IMG/VR virus record: IMGVR_UViG_3300044580_000534
Coordinates: 1-28,944 of that record
DNA: 28,944 bases
Source of the DNA: a virus
Lineage: Duplodnaviria > Caudoviricetes
Strand: one strand, 5' to 3'
The notes below the pieces were generated by a model. It did no database searches and was not told where the DNA came from. It saw only the letters and a program-made list of their open reading frames with translations. Shown one piece after another: positions 18,243-27,223 of this stretch. Both the position numbers and the translations under genes were made by a program. Position 1 is the first letter of the stretch; each line of letters starts with the position of its first letter.

Positions 18243-18274
18243 GGGGGTTCGAATTACTTCTGATTTTTGCATAT
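18243..18274 (+). promoter_or_regulatory. GGGGGTTCGAA-N15-GCATAT motif (putative phage sigma-dependent promoter)
   Basis: Second copy of the motif at 26655-26687 with identical spacing. Confidence 0.65.
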
Positions 18275-18290
18275 GGACAGGAGCAGATTA

Positions 18291-18657
18291 AAGGGTATGA
18301 AGATACTCATTAAGCCATTGACCGGACTTCCCATAGTCTTTTGCGATAGTAGTAATTTGCTACTGCATCTTTGCAGTTTAGGATAACGTCATAGTAACTG
18401 GCCTTTGGTTTCATCTCAGCGATCTGCTGTCTCTGGATGTGAACTGTTTCTGTCAGAGCGGCATTTTTTGTTCGCTCCGCCTTAAGCTCCTGAAGTGCCC
18501 TGATTAAAAGATCAGGGTTAGCAAGAAGTTCATCCACGGCATATACTCCATGCCTGCGGATGGAGGGAAGGACTTCATGAGTCACCCAGCGCTTAAACTT
18601 CTTCGCTTCAGGTTTACGGGAAAGCAGGATAACGTTATAAAGGCCACTCTCGCTAAT
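18291..18657 (-). pseudogene. Inverted internal fragment of BRO-N/KilAC antirepressor
   Basis: ISESGLYNVILLSRKPEAKKFKRWVTHEVLPSIRRHG...KPKASYYD, a frameshift, then ITTIAKDYGKSGQWLNEYLHTL. Confidence 0.85.
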
Positions 18658-18659
18658 GC

Positions 18660-18885
18660 GGAGTGCAGTTTAAGCAGGGTAACATATGGCTTCTATACCA
18701 AAAATATGCGGAGGAACGGATATACCTGCACCAAGACCCATAACTACCTGGGCAGCGATGGCGAATACCATGCGAAAGTTCATACTTACTGGACGCAGAA
18801 AGGCCGCCTCTTTATTTATGAGCTACTTAAGTCCCACGGTTACCTTCCGCTTATTGAACAAGGTCTTGAATTTGAGGTGATGTGA
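18660..18885 (+). pseudogene. C-terminal fragment of antirepressor (KilAC)
   Basis: GVQFKQGNIWLLYQKYAE, a frameshift at ~18713, then NGYTCTKTH...HTYWTQKGRLFIYELLK. Confidence 0.85.
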
Positions 18886-18886
18886 C

Positions 18887-19165
18887 ATGGAAAGAGAAGT
18901 GAAAACGAGATCTGGGAGAAAACTTATTTCAAAAATAGCATCCGCGCTTCCCTGGGTATTAATGTATCTTTGCATCTACTGTTTTACCTTTGCCATAATT
19001 CATAGCCTGACCGAAGGAATAAAGTATGAAGCCAAGGCCGAGGCACTGGCAGCTGAGAACGAGTACCTCAAGGACGAGCTTGAGTGGTTCAAAGAACAGT
19101 TGGTGCAGAAAACAGCCGTAACGGATGTGGAAGCCCCGGACGCTTTGCTGTCTGGTGGTGATTGA
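18887..19165 (+). CDS. Hypothetical membrane protein with coiled coil
   Basis: GAGGTG SD, hydrophobic segment ALPWVLMYLCIYCFTFAII, then heptad region. Confidence 0.6.
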   Translation: MEREVKTRSGRKLISKIASALPWVLMYLCIYCFTFAIIHSLTEGIKYEAKAEALAAENEYLKDELEWFKEQLVQKTAVTDVEAPDALLSGGD

Positions 19166-19166
19166 T

Positions 19167-19592
19167 ATGTACATCAGCAAATTTAACGCAGAAGGCTACC
19201 CTGATCCCACTGCTGCAGAAGCATTGGAGAATGTAATCCGTGAGGAAATCGCAAAAGGCCGGAAGCCATGTGTATTTATTTGCTCTCCATACGCTGGCGA
19301 CATCAAGCGCAATACCATAAATGCCAAGAAATATTTAAAGTTTGCAGTGGATGAAGGCGCGATTCCGTTCGCGCCACACCTGCTTTACCCACAGGTGTTA
19401 GATGACAGCAATCCAGAACAACGGAAACGTGGATTGCTTTTTGGTATGGTGTGGCTGTGTAAATGTGATGAACTCTGGGTGTTTGGCAGTCACATTTCGC
19501 AGGGTATGGCTGCCGAGATCGAAAAAGCAAAACAGCGTCATATCCCAATTAGATACTTTACGGAAAACTGCGAGGAGGTGGAGCGGATATGA
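19167..19592 (+). CDS. DUF4406-like / nucleoside deoxyribosyltransferase-fold protein
   Basis: NAEGYPDPTA, VFICSPYAGD, APHLLYPQ, CDELWVFG, GMAAEI. Confidence 0.75.
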   Translation: MYISKFNAEGYPDPTAAEALENVIREEIAKGRKPCVFICSPYAGDIKRNTINAKKYLKFAVDEGAIPFAPHLLYPQVLDDSNPEQRKRGLLFGMVWLCKCDELWVFGSHISQGMAAEIEKAKQRHIPIRYFTENCEEVERI

Positions 19593-21929
19593 AGATAGCG
19601 GTTGGAAACAGCCGTATGGATAGAAAGTGGAAGAATCGTGACATCACCTGGGAGGACTTCAAAAACACCGTTCGTACCACGAAGCGTACAACAGAGACGG
19701 TCTCGGAGTTCCGCAAGATGAATCGAGCGCGTCAAGACGCAATTAAGGATGTGGGCGGTTTCGTGGGAGGAGCCCTCCGGGAGGGCAAACGCAGGAACGG
19801 TTATGTACTGTGCCGCTCGATGCTTACCCTGGATATGGATTATGCAAAGCCCGATACTTGGGAAATGATAGAGTCTCTCTATGACTGGCAGTGCTGTGTA
19901 TATTCCACGCATAAGCATACGCCTGAAGCCCCAAGACTCCGGCTAATCATTCCACTTTTACGTGAAGTCAGTGAGGACGAATACCCGGCATTAGGCCGCA
20001 TGGTGGCAAAAGAAATAGGAATTGATCTGTTCGATGATACCACCTATGAAGCTTCAAGGTTAATGTACTGGCCGTCAACGCCATCCGATGGTGAGTTTGT
20101 GTTCCGAGAGAAAGATGGAACTCTGCTTGACCCGGACGTGTATCTTTCCAAATATGCTGACTGGCGAGACACCTCTATGTGGCCGGTGTCATCGCGGCAA
20201 TCAGAGGTTGTGCGGCGACAAATAACCCGGCAAGCTGATCCACTCACAAAGGAAGGTGTAGTGGGTGCGTTTTGCAGAGCGTACTCCATCATGGAAGCAA
20301 TAGAAGAGTTTCTTTCTGATGTATATGAGCCAAGCGCAATCCATGGGAGGTACGATTATATTCCTGCTGATTCTTCAGCTGGTCTGGTCATATACGATGG
20401 TAAGTTTGCTTATAGTCACCATGCCACTGATCCAGCATGCGGAAAACTGTTAAACTCGTTTGACCTTGTGCGCATACATCGGTTCCGTGATCTGGATGAT
20501 AAAACAACCGAGGATACTCCAGGATGAACGCGTTAAGGAGCAATTCGCTGAGGAACGCAAGGCGCAGGCTAAATTGGAGTTCAGTAATGAGGACTGGCAA
20601 AAGCAGCTGGAGCTTGAGAAAAATGGCGCAGTAAAAAACACCCTTCGCAATCTCACTTTGATTCTTGAAAATGATCCCGCGCTCAAGGGAATTGTGTTCA
20701 ACCAGCTCTCCGACAGCTTGGAAATTAAGGGTGAAGTGCCATGGCAGCATCCATCTAGGTTCTGGCGGGATGCGGACGATGCTCAGTTGATTAGTTATAT
20801 CGACAGCAACTACGGAACCTTCTCTGCCCGAAATTATGAGATTGCCGTTACGAAGGTAGCTGATGACCGATCATATCACCCGATACGTGAATTTATAGAT
20901 ACTCTGCCTGAATGGGATGGTATCCCGCGTGTGGATACCCTGCTGGTTGATTATCTTGGCGCTACAGACAACGCATATGTACGCGCTGTAACAAGAAAAA
21001 CCCTGTGCGCAGCAATTGCACGTGTTCTGACACCCGGCATCAAGTTTGACTCCATGCTGGTGCTAAACGGCCCTCAAGGTGTGGGTAAAAGCACCCTCAT
21101 CGCCAAGCTGGGTGGTGAGTGGTTCTCAGACAGTCTCTCACTTTCGGACACCAAAGACAAGACAGCAGCTGAAAAGCTACAGGGCTATTGGATACTGGAG
21201 ATTGGAGAACTCGCTGGGTTGAAGAAGGCTGAATTGGAAACACTTAGAAGCTTCCTTTCCCGGCAAAATGATATCTACCGAGCCAGCTTCGGACGTCGGG
21301 CAACGCCGCACTTGCGGCAGTGCGTTTTCTTCGGAACCACCAATGCAGAGAAAGGATATCTTCGAGATACTACCGGCAACCGCCGCTTCTGGCCGGTAAA
21401 AACACCTGGCAATGGGACAAAAAGGTCTTGGCAGCTTACTCAGAATGAAGTCTTGCAGATATGGGCAGAAGCTCTTACTTATGTGAAGGCGGGTGAAAAG
21501 CTGTATTTAGATTCCGGCCTTGAAAAACTTGCTAAAGAGGAACAGCGGGAAGCGATGGAATCTGATGAGCGTGAAGGCCTTGTGCGTGATTATCTGGATA
21601 TGCTCCTACCGGAAGATTGGGACACGATGGACTTATATGAACGACGGGCTTATATAAATGGCACGGAATTTGGAGAAAGCCGAAAAATAGGCGTCCGCAG
21701 AAGAACTTCAGTTTCCAACCTTGAAATTTGGTGCGAGTGCTTTGGCAAAGACCGAGCTAACTGTAAACGCATGGATAGCAATGAGATCTCGGCGATTATG
21801 TCAGGAATTGGAGGATGGAAGATAGCACCGAAAAAGGAGCGTATCCCGTTATATGGCCCGCAATGGGTGTATGTCCGCACTGCTGTTCCTGACTCTGTTC
21901 CAAGAGAGCGTTCTTTGGAACATGTGTGA
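19589..21929 (+). pseudogene. Primase-helicase (VirE/virulence-associated E family), frameshifted at ~20520
   Basis: N-terminal primase-like LTLDMD and STHKH in one frame; Walker A GPQGVGKS and DTTGNRRFWP in another frame. Confidence 0.88.
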
Positions 21930-22148
21930 AGATAGGAACAAAAAATTATGTTCCCATGTGCCAAAAACAGCCTTTTGGAACACAACGTTGGAACAGGCGC
22001 CAGCCCCTTTATTAGTGCGGTTCTTTATGACCAGTGTTCCATTGTTCCAATTACTACTATTAAAAAATGATAGTAAAGAAAAAGGGCTATATATTGCATA
22101 AAAATACGCATATACGCGCGTATAGAGTTTTTTTGGATTTTGGGAACA
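21884..22148. repeat. Ten TGTTCC/GGAACA hexamers, AT-rich tract and palindrome: probable replication origin
   Basis: TGTTCC at 21884, 21896, 21949, 22035, 22043; GGAACA at 21917, 21935, 21977, 21990, 22143; TATACGCGCGTATA at 22111-22124. Confidence 0.75.
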
Positions 22149-22161
22149 CCTGGAGGTACTC

Positions 22162-22443
22162 ATGAGAGAGAAATATATTGAGCAAAAGTTGATAAAAGCG
22201 GTCAAGGCAGCTGGAGGTCTTGCTTTAAAATTTATATCACCCGGTTATAACGGAGTACCGGATAGACTGATTCTTTTGCCAGGAGGAATAATCGCATTTG
22301 CTGAAATCAAAGCGAGTGGATCAAAACCTCGACCTCTGCAGGAGCGGAGACATGAAATGCTTCGACAAATAGGATTTAAGGTTTACGTTATCGATGATGA
22401 GAGTCAGATTGGAGGGATGCTGGATGAGATTCGAGCCACATGA
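22162..22443 (+). CDS. VRR-NUC domain nuclease
   Basis: EKYIEQKL, GVPDRLILL, FAEIK, RPLQ motifs; GGAGG SD. Confidence 0.92.
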   Translation: MREKYIEQKLIKAVKAAGGLALKFISPGYNGVPDRLILLPGGIIAFAEIKASGSKPRPLQERRHEMLRQIGFKVYVIDDESQIGGMLDEIRAT

Positions 22444-23779
22444 GTATCAGGAATATGCCACCAATTTCATCCTAAGCCATCCAATCGCGGCAATTCTGCT
22501 GGAAATGGGTCTTGGTAAGAGCGTCATTACTTTAACGGCTATCTTCGACCTGACATTGGACAGCTTCTTGATTCGCAAGGTATTAGTTATCGCCCCACTA
22601 CGAGTTGCACGAGACACATGGCCTGCAGAAATCGAAAAATGGGATCACTTGTATGGGCTCACCTATTCAGTTGCCATAGGTAATGAAGCCCAGCGGAAAG
22701 CTGCCCTTTTGCAAAGAGCACAGGTATACCTAATAAATCGGGAAAATGTGGATTGGCTCATCAATGATAGTGGCATACCCTTCGATTATGACATGGTGGT
22801 TATCGATGAGCTATCATCATTTAAATCTCATACCTCAAAGCGGTTTCGGGCCCTTCGAAAAGTACGGCCGAATGTGAAAAGAATCGTTGGTTTAACAGGA
22901 ACGCCTTCAAGCAATGGGTTGATGGACTTATGGGCGGAAATCGGCATACTTGATATGGGCCAGCGGCTTGGACGGTATATATCCCATTTCCGAAATGCCT
23001 ATTTTATACCGGATAAACGCAATCAGCAGATCATATTTACCTATAAGCCGAAACCCGGTGCGGAGGAAGCTATATATCGGCTTATTTCTGACATTACTAT
23101 CAGCATGAAAAACACTGACTATCTGAAGCTACCTGATCTGGTGATAAATGAAATACCTGTCCTTTTATCAGAGGATGAACGACAGCATTATGAAATCATG
23201 AAGTCAGAGATGGTGCTTTCACTTAAAGGCAAAGAAATCGATGCAGTGAATGCTGCAGCATTAAGCAATAAACTGCTTCAAATGGCCAACGGTGCGGTCT
23301 ATGACGGGAATGGCGGAGTTGTCCGTATTCACGACCGTAAGCTGGATGCTTTGGAGGACATTATCGAAGCGGCAAACGGAAAGCCGGTACTCATTGCTTA
23401 CTGGTATAAGCATGACCTTGAGCGGATGATGGAGCGATTCCCTGCTATCCAGTTGGATAATGCCGAATCCATAAAACGGTGGAATGACGGTGAAATCCCG
23501 GTGGCCGTTATCCATCCCGCATCCGCTGGACATGGACTGAACCTTCAAGCTGGCGGTTCCTGCCTTGTGTGGTTCGGACTAACATGGTCACTGGAGTTAT
23601 ACCAACAGACCAATGCCCGCCTTTGGCGGCAAGGTCAAAAGGATACGGTGATAATTCACCACATTGTTGCGAAGGACACAATTGACGAACAAGTTATGAA
23701 AGCTCTCAAGCGAAAAGATAAAACCCAGACCGCGCTTATCGATGCGGTAAAAGCAAACCTAAAGGAGGCGGTCATATGA
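22424..23779 (+). CDS. SNF2-family helicase
   Basis: MGLGKS, VIDELS, LTGTP, AGHGLNLQ, QTNARLWRQGQ. Confidence 0.93.
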   Translation: MRFEPHEYQEYATNFILSHPIAAILLEMGLGKSVITLTAIFDLTLDSFLIRKVLVIAPLRVARDTWPAEIEKWDHLYGLTYSVAIGNEAQRKAALLQRAQVYLINRENVDWLINDSGIPFDYDMVVIDELSSFKSHTSKRFRALRKVRPNVKRIVGLTGTPSSNGLMDLWAEIGILDMGQRLGRYISHFRNAYFIPDKRNQQIIFTYKPKPGAEEAIYRLISDITISMKNTDYLKLPDLVINEIPVLLSEDERQHYEIMKSEMVLSLKGKEIDAVNAAALSNKLLQMANGAVYDGNGGVVRIHDRKLDALEDIIEAANGKPVLIAYWYKHDLERMMERFPAIQLDNAESIKRWNDGEIPVAVIHPASAGHGLNLQAGGSCLVWFGLTWSLELYQQTNARLWRQGQKDTVIIHHIVAKDTIDEQVMKALKRKDKTQTALIDAVKANLKEAVI

Positions 23780-24225
23780 TTGCGCTAAAGTATATAAACA
23801 AGAATGCGGCGACTGTTGCCGCCATCCGGGACTATAACAATATGCGGTTTATTATTAATAACACCCCGCAGGAGATTAAGGATGTGTATGAAAAAATGAC
23901 TTCGCCCAGAACACCAAAACTTTCTGGGATGCCGTCTGCAAGAAATCCGCAGGCTGGTGCCGACAAGCTGGCTGCACAACTTGATAAGATTGACATACTG
24001 CGAGAACGATACACTCAGGCGCTGGAATACATGTCTTGGTTTGAACCAGCATGGTCAAGCCTGACAGATACCGAGCAGCATATCCTTGCCGAGTTTTATA
24101 TGGGCAACGATCAGAAGTCTGGTGCGACTTACCGGCTTATGAATGAATTAAATTACAGTGAAAGCCATGTAGAACGTTTGAGGGCAGCAGCACTTAATCA
24201 TCTGCGGAGCATGTTGTTCGGATAA
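23776..24225 (+). CDS. Late transcriptional activator (ArpU/RinA-like, sigma-r4-type HTH)
   Basis: Position between replication and HNH/terminase genes; LTDTEQHILAEFY...LNYSESHVERLRAAAL. Confidence 0.65.
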   Translation: MIALKYINKNAATVAAIRDYNNMRFIINNTPQEIKDVYEKMTSPRTPKLSGMPSARNPQAGADKLAAQLDKIDILRERYTQALEYMSWFEPAWSSLTDTEQHILAEFYMGNDQKSGATYRLMNELNYSESHVERLRAAALNHLRSMLFG

Positions 24226-24227
24226 AC

Positions 24228-24330
24228 ATGAGGGAATTATGAGGGAATGTTTGCTTTCCTGTATGGTATAGTTATACCATCGAATATTGTGACGAGAGCC
24301 TTCGAGGGGAAACCCACGAGGGCTTTTCTT
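24228..24330 (+). promoter_or_regulatory. Late promoter region: tandem ATGAGGGAAT, inverted repeat over -10, and hairpin
   Basis: ATGAGGGAAT at 24228 and 24239; ATGGTATA-gt-TATACCAT at 24263-24280; GAAA-loop hairpin at 24294-24327 followed by a T-rich tract. Confidence 0.55.
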
Positions 24331-24343
24331 TTACCCAAGCGAG

Positions 24344-24730
24344 GTGATCCAATTGCCCTATAAACCCAAGCGACCTTGTTCTCATCCTGGCTGTCCTAAG
24401 TTGACAGATGGTAGGTTCTGTGACGAACATGCCAAGCAGGAAGCCAGGCGTTACGAACGCTATGACCGCGATCCCGCTGTAAGGAAACGGTACAACCGAA
24501 CATGGAAACGCATCAGAGACAGGTATATAGCGGAGCACCCTTTGTGCGAGCGTTGTGAGAAGCAAGGTCGGATTACCCCTGCCGAGGAAGTACACCACAT
24601 CAAACCACTGTCCTGTGGTGGGACAAATGAAACGAGTAATCTTATGTCCTTGTGTACTTCCTGCCACTCTGAGATCACCGCACGAGAAGGTGGAAGATGG
24701 AAAAGGAAGGGGCGGTCAAAATCTCTGTGA
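24344..24730 (+). CDS. HNH endonuclease (terminase-associated)
   Basis: CSHPGC, PLCERC, EEVHHIKPL, NLMSLCTSCHS; directly upstream of TerS. Confidence 0.92.
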   Translation: MIQLPYKPKRPCSHPGCPKLTDGRFCDEHAKQEARRYERYDRDPAVRKRYNRTWKRIRDRYIAEHPLCERCEKQGRITPAEEVHHIKPLSCGGTNETSNLMSLCTSCHSEITAREGGRWKRKGRSKSL

Positions 24731-24790
24731 CTTGTTAATCGTGCAACGGGCGTGGGGTCACACGCGAAAAAATTCAGGTTCAAACGGGGT
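24708..24790 (+). other. Probable cos (packaging) region
   Basis: GC-rich GGGGCGGTCAAAATCTCT...ACGGGCGTGGGGTCACACGCGAAAAAA between HNH and TerS, the usual cos position in HNH-TerS-TerL phages. Confidence 0.45.
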
Positions 24791-24824
24791 ATTAAACCCT
24801 ATCACAGCAAGGAGGTGAAGGCAC

Positions 24825-24996
24825 GTGGCAAAAGACGGTACAAACAGAGGTGGGCGCCGCGTGCGTGCTGGGGACAAACCACAGCCTCTTGCGGAAAAAA
24901 TCGCAGCAGGTAAAGCCGCACGGATTTTGGAAGCGCCAGAGTTTAAGCCAGAGTCCATGCTCGAAGCAAGCGAACTGGACGACACAGCAGACTTGA
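24825..24996 (+). pseudogene. terS: Terminase small subunit (P27-like), 3'-truncated at inversion junction
   Basis: MAKDGTNRGGRRVRAGDKP N-terminus after AAGGAGGTG SD; switches to antisense DUF2800 at ~24990-24996. Confidence 0.8.
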
Positions 24997-26091
24997 TATG
25001 TTCATAGGTGGACGCTTATCCGAGAGCGGAACTAACGTCGGCTTGCCTGGCGGTTTGATAATGAGCCCGCCGAGGACTTCGTTGAATTTTGATTTTCCCA
25101 TCAGCTTTTCCATCTCTGTGATGGTGATGAGACTTTGCCTGTAGATGTCACGATATCCGGCTGCCTTTGCTGCTGCAGCGACGGCTTCTTCATCGGAATA
25201 CTTACGATTGGAGCGCCCCTCAACCACCTTGAAGCCAGGCCACTGTTTACCGTGGTTCACAGCCGCATCGGTGGCATAGGCAATGATTTCATTAGCCCAG
25301 CTCGTCAGGTCACTGATTGAGGCGAGTATTTCAGATATCTCCTCATCAGAAAGCAATGGCGGTAAAGCAAACTCGAAAGCTGCCAGCTTCATCTTTGACT
25401 CAGCCCTTGCTCTGCACTTAACCGCTGCCCTGCAAAACTGGCAATGCTCTCCGGGCACATATTCACCACCGCCTTCATAGGCAATGGCTGCAGTAGGCTT
25501 TAGGACTTCATCTGCCCATTTGTAAAGCAACTCCTTCGAAACCGTATAAGTACTTACATTTTCGCGTCTCGGCTGAAAAATGGTCATGGATACGTTGTTG
25601 ATATCGTAAATGCCATCAAACAATTCCAAAGCACCGAGAGCGTAGAGCTTCATCTGCGGGTTATCCTCAGCTTCAACTAAAACGCCCTGACCGTACTTAA
25701 AATTCACGATGTGGAGCGTGCCATCGGCTATAATCACGCAATCTCCTGTACCGAAGCCATCCTTAACATATTTGGAGAAGTCCAATTTTTGTTCGATGAG
25801 CACCATCGGGTCGGAACATCTCTGCTTTGCCAGAGATATCTGTTCCAGCACGAAAGACACGTAATCGTCTGTATGAGCGTCCATCTCATCGCTGTCGTAC
25901 TTTGATACCGGCTTCTTGGAGCGCATCTTTAAGGCTTTACGGAGCTTGTGTTCAGCAAGCGCGTGAGCGGCTGTGCCCTCATCAGCAGCAGCGCCAGAGT
26001 TATCATCGAACTCCAACTCTAGCCGTGCCGACGGAGTACAGGCTAGCCAGCGGTGTGCACTGGAAGCAGAAAGAATAGCATGTTCACTCAT
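24990..26091 (-). CDS. DUF2800 PD-(D/E)XK exonuclease (Cas4/RecB-like), native stop lost
   Basis: HAILSASSAHRWLACTPS, GFGTGD, NPQMKLYALG, CQFC...CRAR. The last codons read antisense TerS. Confidence 0.88.
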
Positions 26092-26411
26092 TTCAGTGCC
26101 TCCGCTTCTGCAAGAAGGGCGGCATAATTGGTTGGATCGATTTGGCTGAGTTTTGACGCACCATACTTTTCAAGAAGAACTCGAACCTCGGCTGTAAAAC
26201 CGTCATGGGACTTTTCAGCCAAAACCGCACGCACTTGCTCCAATGTAACTCTCTTTTCCTCAGGCTTCTGAGTTGGTACATGGGCTGGTGTTTCAGGCTG
26301 TGATGCATCGACAGGCTCATTGCCTGCTATTGCGTCAGCCACTGCCTGCAAGCTGTCCGCCAGAGATCGCAGATCCGTGACAACATCAAGAAGCAGTTTG
26401 ATTTTGCTCAT
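26088..26411 (-). CDS. Phage hypothetical protein (often mis-annotated 'rRNA biogenesis rrp5')
   Basis: MSKIKLLLDVV and VTLEQVRAVLAEKS...LLEKYGASKLS; precedes DUF2800. Confidence 0.8.
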   Translation of the reverse strand: MSKIKLLLDVVTDLRSLADSLQAVADAIAGNEPVDASQPETPAHVPTQKPEEKRVTLEQVRAVLAEKSHDGFTAEVRVLLEKYGASKLSQIDPTNYAALLAEAEALK

Positions 26412-26613
26412 GCTTCACGCCTCCTTCCTTGATTTCTTTAATCTCGACCGTTTCAACCGAGTCGCCTGTCGTAATCACGAATACACCGACCTTCTCACCA
26501 AACAGCCAATTTAAAAGCCTACTGCGGATACTCTTAGAGCCGCTTTTTAACACGGGATCACGAATTCCTCCGGGTCTGGCAACGTTGATAGTAACCTTGT
26601 GTTTCAGACTCAT
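26386..26613 (-). CDS. Small conserved hypothetical protein (homologue of 924-1130)
   Basis: Shared RLL..LFGEK and GDSVE motifs; AAAGGAG SD before ATG26613. Confidence 0.8.
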   Translation of the reverse strand: MSLKHKVTINVARPGGIRDPVLKSGSKSIRSRLLNWLFGEKVGVFVITTGDSVETVEIKEIKEGGVKHEQNQTAS

Positions 26614-26645
26614 GTTTTGTCTCCTTTCTGGGGGCAATTTCCTGC

Positions 26646-26687
26646 CCCTCAGTGATAAGCGAAAAAGAGGGTTCTTTCGAACCCCCC
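26646..26687 (-). promoter_or_regulatory. GGGGGTTCGAA-N15-GCTTAT-cact-GAGGG motif downstream of sigma-r4 gene
   Basis: Repeated at 18243 with identical spacing. Confidence 0.65.
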
Positions 26688-26688
26688 A

Positions 26689-27180
26689 TTAGGGAAAGAA
26701 TTTCAGAAGCTTTTGATGTATCTTTTTCTGGCGATTACGGATTGCTGCCTCACTTACCCCTTCTTCAGCGGCTATGTCTGTATTAGAGCGCTTTGATATG
26801 TATTTCTTCTCAAACAGAATGCGCTGCTGGGGCTCAAGGGTCTCCATTGCTTCACGAAGTCGGGACAGTCTTTCTTCATGCTCAATCTCTTCTTCTTTGG
26901 CTATAAGAACAGCTTCTGGGTTTGTGCGGTTATCGGCCAGACGTTTATTACGATCGCCAGCCTCTTCGCCTTCATGGTAAGCATCCAGGTGTTCTGCGAT
27001 TCGGTAGTCATATCGCCGCTGCTCGTCTACCTCTTCATCATCCATTGAATGAAGAAGTTCGATGTCAGCCTCGGTGATGCCGTCTTGGCCAGGTACAAGT
27101 TCAATTACCTTTCGACCATCAGCATCGTAATAAATGTAGGAAGTACGTTTCTTTTTGCTTGTCTTGACATGTCTTTGCAT
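26689..27180 (-). CDS. Sigma-70 region-4 HTH protein
   Basis: LEPQQRILFEKKYISKRSNTDIAAEEGVSEAAIRNR HTH; ATG27180 after AAAGGAG. Confidence 0.85.
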   Translation of the reverse strand: MQRHVKTSKKKRTSYIYYDADGRKVIELVPGQDGITEADIELLHSMDDEEVDEQRRYDYRIAEHLDAYHEGEEAGDRNKRLADNRTNPEAVLIAKEEEIEHEERLSRLREAMETLEPQQRILFEKKYISKRSNTDIAAEEGVSEAAIRNRQKKIHQKLLKFFP

Positions 27181-27183
27181 TTT

Positions 27184-27210
27184 TTGGCTCCTTTCAACTT
27201 CAGGAGCCAA
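27184..27210 (-). promoter_or_regulatory. SD-sequestering stem before sigma-r4 start
   Basis: Perfect 9-bp inverted repeat TTGGCTCCT/AGGAGCCAA containing the AGGAG SD. Confidence 0.65.
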
Positions 27211-27223
27211 GCCGTGCTAATAT

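Noticed and set aside
18550-18885. 111-aa ORF as an intact gene
   Set aside because: Its first half is antisense or out-of-frame antirepressor sequence; only the C-terminal part is real coding.
15623-21929. 'Virulence' labels (virulence-related protein, VirE) as pathogenicity evidence
   Set aside because: Historical family names; context shows phage replication and accessory genes.
16179-24996. Common GCWRA-like motif near junctions (GCTGATG 16179, GCAGATT 18283, GCTAATG 18652, GCAGACT 24987)
   Set aside because: Too short and degenerate, at variable distance from the breaks, and not clearly present at the 4990 or 20520 junctions; compatible with chance.
16181-25000. Invertase-controlled (shufflon or phase-variable) inversion
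   Set aside because: No inverted repeats at the ends, no recombinase in the window, and both ends lose coding sequence, so it cannot be reversible.
24990-26091. Cas4-like nuclease as a sign of CRISPR-Cas
   Set aside because: Standard phage DUF2800 context; no repeat-spacer array or other cas genes seen.
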